NCBI GenBank assembly: GCA_964438715.1
Contig: CAYTLQ010000324.1
Coordinates: 1 to 54,993 of the forward strand
DNA length: 54,993 bases
Origin: an uncultured Ignavibacteriaceae bacterium
Lineage (GTDB): Bacteria > Bacteroidota > Ignavibacteria > Ignavibacteriales > Ignavibacteriaceae
Direction: 5' to 3'
Below the pieces are notes generated by a model. That model made no database searches. It saw only the letters and a program-made list of their open reading frames with translations, and was not told the origin of the DNA. Position 1 is the stretch's first letter; each line of letters starts with the position of its first letter. Of this stretch, positions 49,474 to 54,993 are shown piece after piece. Made by a program: the position numbers and the translations under genes.

Positions 49474-50598
49474 TTACTTCAGAGTAGTTTTTGGCAAAAA
49501 ATATTCAAAAGACTCCCCAAGAGACCTGTTTGCTCCTCCCTGCGCTACTACAAAAACAAAGGCACGAGAGATGTTTTCATTCTTATCATCAGCATTGTAG
49601 CGACGAACAGCCATAAAATTACTTATATATTGTTCTTTTGCCAGAGAACCAAGCCTGGCATATAAGTATGCGGGACGCAAACCGTCCACAATCACGCCTT
49701 GTTTCGACGCCAATAAATCAAAAGCTCTTTGAAGATACTCACTCATTATTCTTTTGCTTTCGTCGTTCGTAAGATCTTCGGGGTGGCGAAAAAGGGCATA
49801 CGCGTGTTTCTTACCATCCCGTGCGGGTATATTCTTTAGTAATTCGACTGAAATTCGTCTTTTTCCCGGATTGTTCTTTCGCTTTAAGAAATCAATTATT
49901 TTTTTTCCGAATAATCTATCAAAAAAATTTGTGAGCGTTTTTACGGGAATAACTCTTTTCTGACCAAGATTGGTGCCTTCAGGAACAAAAAACTCCCACA
50001 GCTTCAGTCTTTCCGCCTTTATTATTTCCAATTTACTTTCAAGTGCGTCAACTTGAAAAATATTGGTATCGCCATCCCTAATTACGCCGGTAAATACCTT
50101 ATTAAAAGAGATTTTCTGACCGATAAGATAAGACATCGCAGCAGCCGCAACGGCAAGTAAATAGGATTTCCCATCCATCTTCTCAAGAAGAGGATTATTA
50201 TCAGGTAACCTAAAATTTACTGTAAGATTTTCTATGCCCCAGTCCAACACCATTATTTCGGGTTTAATATCTTTAAGTATATTATCAAGGTATTGTGCGG
50301 CTTGCTTCAAAATAAACCGGATATCAGAATCAACAGTACCTGGTGTGTTGGATTCCGTAACCACAACCTTACATAAAGAAGAAACATTCCTTTCCTTATG
50401 ATACACAGGGAAAAACGCTTCACCTGTTTGTAAATTTTGCTGTAGGGAGTAAAGAGTATGTACTCTTTCCAGTTCAGCCTCGAAATGTACTTTGTCTTCG
50501 AGATTATCTTTACTCTTTCGTATTAATTGTGAGTATATTTTTTTCGCCGTACGAAAATTGCAATGTTTTGTATGGAAAACCGCTAATTGCTCATCCAT
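49474..50598 (-). CDS. Lon (S16)-like Ser-Lys protease domain fused to a short C-terminal alpha/beta domain (CalpL-like architecture)
   Basis: Track ORF numbering. The segment MDGKS(164)YLLAVAAAAMSYLIGQKISFNKVFTG...VDALESK(208)LEIIKAERL...FFVPEGTN aligns to the E. coli Lon segment [32 protein letters not shown]...GGLKEKLLAAHR...VLIPFEN. The Ser-to-TG spacing is identical (26) and the Ser-to-Lys spacing is 44 versus 43. The likely start is the ATG at 50598 (M20 of the track ORF), giving a 16-nt overlap with the upstream gene; the ATG at 50655 would give 73 nt. Confidence 0.7.
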   Translation of the reverse strand: MDEQLAVFHTKHCNFRTAKKIYSQLIRKSKDNLEDKVHFEAELERVHTLYSLQQNLQTGEAFFPVYHKERNVSSLCKVVVTESNTPGTVDSDIRFILKQAAQYLDNILKDIKPEIMVLDWGIENLTVNFRLPDNNPLLEKMDGKSYLLAVAAAAMSYLIGQKISFNKVFTGVIRDGDTNIFQVDALESKLEIIKAERLKLWEFFVPEGTNLGQKRVIPVKTLTNFFDRLFGKKIIDFLKRKNNPGKRRISVELLKNIPARDGKKHAYALFRHPEDLTNDESKRIMSEYLQRAFDLLASKQGVIVDGLRPAYLYARLGSLAKEQYISNFMAVRRYNADDKNENISRAFVFVVAQGGANRSLGESFEYFLPKTTLK

Positions 50599-51476
50599 TC
50601 CAACATTACCTCGTGTTCTCTTTTTATACCATCGACATTGTACGAAATTTTCCATAAACCGTGTTTAAGAAGCTCTCTGTTAAATCTGGTAAAAGCTCGT
50701 TTTTCCTTTCCGGGGGAAATTTCCTGCTCAGTTGAATAAACCTCAGTTTCTTCATTTTTTAATAAAATATTATCGATCGTTTTTACTTTATCGCTTATAA
50801 TAACAAAATACATAAACCCATCTATGACCGATAACCTAATGATGATATGAGGTTGGTTAATCAGAGTAATTGAATTTTTTCTCTGCTCTCGTTCTTTTGT
50901 CCAGAACATAGCGGATTCAGTTTTAACCTTATTATCAGATGCTGCGATTTTTACCGGCTGATATTCTACCCCATTTGTATTTCGTGGGAGAAGGAGAATT
51001 AACGGAGATCTTAAAGATTCCTCATCAAGTGAATATTTCTCCTGATCTTCAAGAAGCGCAACCGCGCGGAAACGAAGCGGTTCAAGCAGAGAATTAATAA
51101 TACCAATATCCTGCAATTGTTCGGGATAATAGCCAAAATCCGTATTCTTCTCAGATTCTATCACTTTCTTTGTAACTGAATCAGAAAGGGTACCTAAAAA
51201 GTACTTTAATGAAGAAACCGGAAGGGGTCCCGCTGTTGCCCGGATTGCGACCCTTTTTGCCGCAAATATTCCTTTTGAAGCAGTTTTTGTAATAAGTACA
51301 TCACGATCATCGGTAATTGAGGTATAAAGCGAAACTACCATAGTCCTCACTGCGCCAAGTGAAGCAAATGTGGCATCGGTAATAATGACATCAATATCGT
51401 GTTCAAACAACCTCCAAACCTGCCCTTTACGATATTGAGTTGGGGTGTGCGTTAAATTATATAAAATATTATTCAT
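50583..51476 (-). CDS. Hypothetical 297-aa protein with a MazF/PemK-like N-terminal domain and a beta-rich C-terminal domain (CalpT-like architecture)
   Basis: N-terminal KGQVWRLFEHD...GAVRTMVVSL...DVLITK...VSSLKYFLGTLSDSVTKKVIESE follows the MazF/PemK strand order (GxxW..., R..VV, ...L...iG.ls......i). Its size of about 33 kDa and its position next to the Lon-like gene fit that architecture. Confidence 0.5.
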   Translation of the reverse strand: MNNILYNLTHTPTQYRKGQVWRLFEHDIDVIITDATFASLGAVRTMVVSLYTSITDDRDVLITKTASKGIFAAKRVAIRATAGPLPVSSLKYFLGTLSDSVTKKVIESEKNTDFGYYPEQLQDIGIINSLLEPLRFRAVALLEDQEKYSLDEESLRSPLILLLPRNTNGVEYQPVKIAASDNKVKTESAMFWTKEREQRKNSITLINQPHIIIRLSVIDGFMYFVIISDKVKTIDNILLKNEETEVYSTEQEISPGKEKRAFTRFNRELLKHGLWKISYNVDGIKREHEVMLEWMSN

Positions 51477-52530
51477 GATCGTTCACCGGAAAATGTTCGT
51501 GTATTCTGTATTCATCTGCGAGATACAAATAAAAATATTCGAGTGCATTACTGCTCTCCTCATTTACACCGGTAAGTACTTTCCCGATGAGCTGATTAAC
51601 TTTTTTAGAGTAATTTTCAGCAGAGCTTTTCTTAATATAGCGATGAGTGAGTTTCTCAATTTCCTCGAAGCCCAGGTTATAAACCCAATGTAAATACCAA
51701 GCTGTTGCAAATTTCGGCAATTTTTTACCTGTTTTGTCTAATTTGTTAAATCCATCTACCAATTCATGAAACAGAAATAAAACAGGTTCGGCAAGGGTTT
51801 TGTATTCTGTTTCACGAATTTTTTGAGTTCGGAGCAGATACGCCTCTTTCTCATCGGTGTCGTCAATTTCGTTAAAATCAACAACCGGATTATCAAGAGC
51901 ACCGTTAGCAATTTCTATCATCTCAATAATATCAGAGATGCGTACAGCTCTATTTTCCAAAATTTCGAAAATATTTTTTAAATAATTTTTTAATTTATTT
52001 TTTTTGTAGTCACCGGAAGTATCTCTAAACCTGTAGGAAGGAATTTCTGGCAGGGGAGAGGACTGAGAAAATTTCTTGTAAGCTGAATTGACATATAGAT
52101 AATCTTTGGAGAATTGACTCGGGATAATTTGAATCAGGTTTTCCTGTTGAAGCTCAGTACAAATTGACAATAAATGGCGTTTGAGAATCTTTTTCTCATT
52201 TGTTTGAAATTGACGCTCTAATAAATCTTTCACACTCACAATAATCTTTCTGAAATACCCAAATATTCTCTTTTTCGATTCTTCATCAACATTCACCACT
52301 GTTTCCCAAAAGTCATAATTTTTGTCAAACGATTTGTATAGAATTACGAAAAATTCACTTATAATCTGTTCTTTCAGGTTAGAGGATATTTGGGGAAAAT
52401 CTTTTGTGATATATCGTTTGATTTGATTAAAAAAGTTTTTTATTTCACCAGGCTTCGGTTGATCACCACGCTTGTGAGCAAGGTAGAATACCCTTAGTAA
52501 ACTCGAAATATTTTTGGATAAATCGCTCAT
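51469..52530 (-). CDS. Hypothetical alpha-helical protein; possible divergent sigma-70-family-like factor
   Basis: Predicted to be mostly helical. The segments EQIISEFFVILYKSF...RIFGYFRKIIVSVKDLLERQ (sigma-2-like) and ATAWYLHWVYNLGFEEIEKLTHRYIKKSSAENYSKKVNQLIGKVL (sigma-4 HTH-like) are only suggestive. An ATGA start/stop overlap links it to the upstream gene. Confidence 0.3.
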   Translation of the reverse strand: MSDLSKNISSLLRVFYLAHKRGDQPKPGEIKNFFNQIKRYITKDFPQISSNLKEQIISEFFVILYKSFDKNYDFWETVVNVDEESKKRIFGYFRKIIVSVKDLLERQFQTNEKKILKRHLLSICTELQQENLIQIIPSQFSKDYLYVNSAYKKFSQSSPLPEIPSYRFRDTSGDYKKNKLKNYLKNIFEILENRAVRISDIIEMIEIANGALDNPVVDFNEIDDTDEKEAYLLRTQKIRETEYKTLAEPVLFLFHELVDGFNKLDKTGKKLPKFATAWYLHWVYNLGFEEIEKLTHRYIKKSSAENYSKKVNQLIGKVLTGVNEESSNALEYFYLYLADEYRIHEHFPVNDHE

Positions 52531-52994
52531 AGTGAAGCCAATATTTTATTAAGAATTGCCTGTGCAGAGTCGGAAAGAACAAAAAATCGTTGGTTAAGAT
52601 TTTTCTGGACAGAAAACCACCTGTAGTAAATAAGAAAGTAGGTTGGTACTTTTACCTTTTCCTGAGGCGGCGCCGTCTTAAGACAAGGCGGATAATTTCC
52701 TCCAATAGGATGCGGTGTCGTTGTTCCCGGTGCAACATGTACAAGATCATAAGGTTTAAAGGTACGCGGAGTTTCTAAAACTACACATGGTCGTAAAGAA
52801 GACTTTATGTGAGAACTTTTTCTCTTGCTGTCAAATGGCACTGATTTATCTGCAATTCCCCAAACACTACCAAAATACAAGCCGTTTATTCGTTCCTCTT
52901 CTAAGGGATCGGTTTTTAATTTTCGGCGGGTAATACGAAGAGCTTTTCTTTTAACACCCGTTCTTTGAAGGAGTAGGGCAATCCGTTTTTCCAT
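52527..52994 (-). CDS. PemK/MazF-fold protein with a basic N-terminal extension
   Basis: GLYFGSVWGIAD...SSLRPCVVLETP...VHVAPGTTTPH...PTYFLIYYRWFSVQKNLNQRFFVLSDSAQAILNKIL follows the MazF/PemK pattern (GdiW, RPxVVl, v.PiTt, ...v...l...iG.Ls......i...l). Confidence 0.55.
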   Translation of the reverse strand: MEKRIALLLQRTGVKRKALRITRRKLKTDPLEEERINGLYFGSVWGIADKSVPFDSKRKSSHIKSSLRPCVVLETPRTFKPYDLVHVAPGTTTPHPIGGNYPPCLKTAPPQEKVKVPTYFLIYYRWFSVQKNLNQRFFVLSDSAQAILNKILASL

Positions 52995-53058
52995 AATACT
53001 TCTATTGTGGCAAAATTATTCTTTAAGTTAAATTTTTTTTTATCTCCTCAAAACAGAT

Positions 53059-53412
53059 GGGTGTACGACAAAATGGTCGAAAATTAACTTATCTAATAGC
53101 AAATTGAAAACCCTCTGGATCGAAGATCCTCTGGATAATATTTTTACTACACAAACAAATAAACACCGACAGGGTGGAATTATCATTTTAGTCAGGGGAT
53201 CCGTTGGCTAATCCGTTAGCTAACGGACAATGCCACTATTATATCACCCTTTCAGGGTTCTATTTGGGTATTTAACGAATATTCTATAATAATTTCAACC
53301 TTTCGGGTTTAATGACACAGAAACATTTGTTCGTTCTAAAAAAATCAATCCTGAGATAAGACAAATTATATAACTGGCGTATGCCAAGCATCAAATACCA
53401 ATCCCGATGGTG
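53059..53412. repeat. Copy C of the modular repeat family, truncated by the IS insertion
   Basis: It starts with GGGTGTACGACAAAATGGTCGAAAATTAAC, as copy B does. The stretch 53200-53400 is nearly identical to 3758-3958 of copy A. Similarity to copy A is lost at about 53405-53415. Confidence 0.85.
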
Positions 53413-54993
53413 GCTGTCGCATAAGTATAATAAAAAAAGAAGAGAAAAAGTGATAGCACCCTAATAAATACAGGCGGATAAGCGAATTAAAAGCAGTATA
53501 TTTTGCATACACATTACAAAGATAAAGACAAACCATGCCTGTACTCGCCCGGAGAAAAGCAAAGATACCACTTCCATTTGAGAAACCGGATTTGAATCAA
53601 TTGATCGATGAAAATTCGTTGCCAATGAAGCTTCACAAACTTATAAACCAATTGAATTTCAAGGATTTTTATGAGAATCTATCTGCTACGGGTGCGCCGA
53701 ATTATCCGCCCGAAGATATGATGTCAATCCTGATGTTGGCATTTAGTGAGGGGATATTTAGCACACGAAAGATAGAGGAGCGATGCAAAAGGGATCTGTA
53801 CTATTTATTTATAACGGAACAGAGGAAACCGGATCATTCGACGATAGCGCGATTTATCCAGAAGCATAAAGAAAGTATATCAAAACTTGGAGTACAGATA
53901 GTACAATTGGCTCGGGAAAAAAAGATAGCAAGTTTTGCAACCATAAGCATAGATGGAAGCAAAATAGCTTCATTATCCAGTAAGCGGCACAGCAAAAGAT
54001 CGGGTGGATTAGAGGCGCACAGGAGATATCTGGAAAAACAGATCGCAAAAGTATTAAAAAAAGTAGAAGTGACCGATAAACAAGAAGCCAAAGAAATACA
54101 GAAGTTGGAAAAAGAAGAGAAATGGTTACAGAAACGATTGGAGAAAACAAAGCAAGCACAGGAAGAACTGGCAAGAAGACAAAATGAGATACAACAGAAA
54201 GAACTTCGGGAGAGCCACCAGATAAACATAGAAGAGCCGGAAGCGCGGATGATGCCTATAATAGCCACAAATGGATATAATATTCAGCTCTCGACAGATA
54301 CAGCAACGGGAATAATAGCCGCACAGTCAGTAACGATTGCCCGTTCAGATAATAATGAATTTAAGCCGCAACATAAGAAGACCGAAGAGATATTAGGAGA
54401 AGATAGAAACCGGACATATTTAGGAGATTCCGGTTATAATAGCGAAGAGACCCTGGGATATGTGAAAGAGAATAATATCGATGCATACATCAATGATTCA
54501 AAAGAGAAAGAAAAGCAACCCGGTATCGAGGAGTTGAAAGCACGGGGGAAAAGATTAACGATTTATGATTTTGTATTTGATAAAGAAAAGAACGAATACA
54601 TTTGTCCGAACCGGAAAAGATTACGGGAGACAGAGACGCTGGTATATGAATGCGAACAGTGCGATGGCTGCGAAGTAAAAAATTTATGCTGTAGGACTAA
54701 GGAAAAAAGACGGATAACAAAGACAAGTTATACTATAATGCGTGAGGCTATGAGCGAGCGTGTAAGATCGAACAAAGAAAAGATGAAAGAGCGAAAATCA
54801 GTAGAACGAGTTTTTGGACAGATGAAGTGGAATTTGGGATTTAGAAAATTCCACCGAAAAGGAATAGACGGGGCGACGGTAGAATTGAATATTTTAGCTA
54901 TGGCAATAAATATGTTGAAAATATTCAACATATTATTGTGTTTTTATGAAATACGAGGTAAGAAAAACCGCTTACTGGTAAGACTGAAAGTAA
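53413..54993 (+). mobile_element. IS1182-family (IS5-like) insertion sequence; the left boundary is approximate and the right end lies outside the window
   Basis: The left boundary is inferred only from where homology between repeat copies A and C breaks. The element contains the transposase ORF. No terminal inverted repeat could be verified because the right end is absent. Confidence 0.6.
53535..54993 (+). CDS. IS1182-family DDE transposase; the C-terminal end runs off the window
   Basis: Hand translation from the ATG at 53535 is open to the window end; the terminal TAA is out of frame. The N-terminal transposase domain reads PPEDMMSILMLAFSEGIFSTRKIEERCKRDLYYLFI...PDHSTIARF. DDE-region segments are ISIDGSKI and YLGDSGYNSEE. 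A Cys cluster (CPNRKRL...CEQCDGCEVKNLCC) and the C-terminal VERVFGQMKWNLGFRKFHRKGIDGATVELNILAMAINMLK follow. It is absent from the ORF track because it lacks a stop. Confidence 0.85.
   Translation, partial: MPVLARRKAKIPLPFEKPDLNQLIDENSLPMKLHKLINQLNFKDFYENLSATGAPNYPPEDMMSILMLAFSEGIFSTRKIEERCKRDLYYLFITEQRKPDHSTIARFIQKHKESISKLGVQIVQLAREKKIASFATISIDGSKIASLSSKRHSKRSGGLEAHRRYLEKQIAKVLKKVEVTDKQEAKEIQKLEKEEKWLQKRLEKTKQAQEELARRQNEIQQKELRESHQINIEEPEARMMPIIATNGYNIQLSTDTATGIIAAQSVTIARSDNNEFKPQHKKTEEILGEDRNRTYLGDSGYNSEETLGYVKENNIDAYINDSKEKEKQPGIEELKARGKRLTIYDFVFDKEKNEYICPNRKRLRETETLVYECEQCDGCEVKNLCCRTKEKRRITKTSYTIMREAMSERVRSNKEKMKERKSVERVFGQMKWNLGFRKFHRKGIDGATVELNILAMAINMLKIFNILLCFYEIRGKKNRLLVRLKV

Noticed and set aside
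50599-50655. 19-residue N-terminal extension of the Lon-like ORF (track start 50655)
   Set aside because: It would overlap the upstream gene by 73 nt. The ATG at 50598 gives a 16-nt overlap and has a GAGG upstream, so it is preferred. The longer form cannot be excluded.
53834-54268. Minus-strand ORFs of 144, 106 and 67 aa (53834-54268, 53854-54174, 54728-54931)
   Set aside because: They are antisense to the long, motif-bearing transposase frame. Their low-complexity Ser/Cys/Phe-rich translations are typical of the reverse strand of a Lys/Glu-rich gene.
54991-54993. Terminal TAA as the transposase stop codon
   Set aside because: Counting from the ATG at 53535, the frame places codon 487 at 54993, so the TAA is out of frame (GTA A). 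The ORF is open at the window end.

Overview
About 55 kb of a low-GC chromosome, probably from an FCB-group bacterium (Ignavibacteriota/Bacteroidota-like). The taxonomic guess is an inference: four secreted proteins end in the NYPNPFNP-type T9SS C-terminal sorting domain and a GWxTD protein is present. The window contains the replication origin: dnaA (32262-33653, minus) lies next to a same-orientation cluster of TTATCCACA boxes (33660-33906). Most genes are housekeeping: ddpX-like dipeptidase, CPBP protease, cdsA, rimO, PfkB-family kinase, BamA/TamA-like protein, acs, a homocysteine methyltransferase/MTHFR fusion, an ABC-2 exporter, a DEAD-box helicase and an M28 peptidase. A multihaem cytochrome sits beside a monohaem/beta-barrel gene.

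Accessory content:
- A type II restriction-modification pair (27450-29286).
- A three-gene hipBST-like toxin-antitoxin locus (38731-40229) with three phased TATACC-N6-GGTATA operators.
- A modular, hairpin-rich repeat family at three loci (3613-4342, 30466-31192, 53059-53412).
- An IS1182-family transposase inserted into the third repeat copy and running off the window end.

The most interesting region is the island between the IS and a cytidylate-kinase-like gene (46269-52994). Its four translationally coupled minus-strand genes encode:
- a PemK/MazF-fold protein;
- a helical protein with sigma-like segments;
- a 297-aa protein with a MazF-like N-terminal domain;
- a Lon (S16)-like Ser-Lys protease fused to a short alpha/beta domain.

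This resembles the CRISPR-associated CalpL/CalpT/CalpS protease/anti-sigma/sigma switch, but no CRISPR, cas or cyclase gene is in the window. All functional calls rest on motifs read by eye from the translations. No database search was possible. No tRNA, rRNA or CRISPR array was seen.
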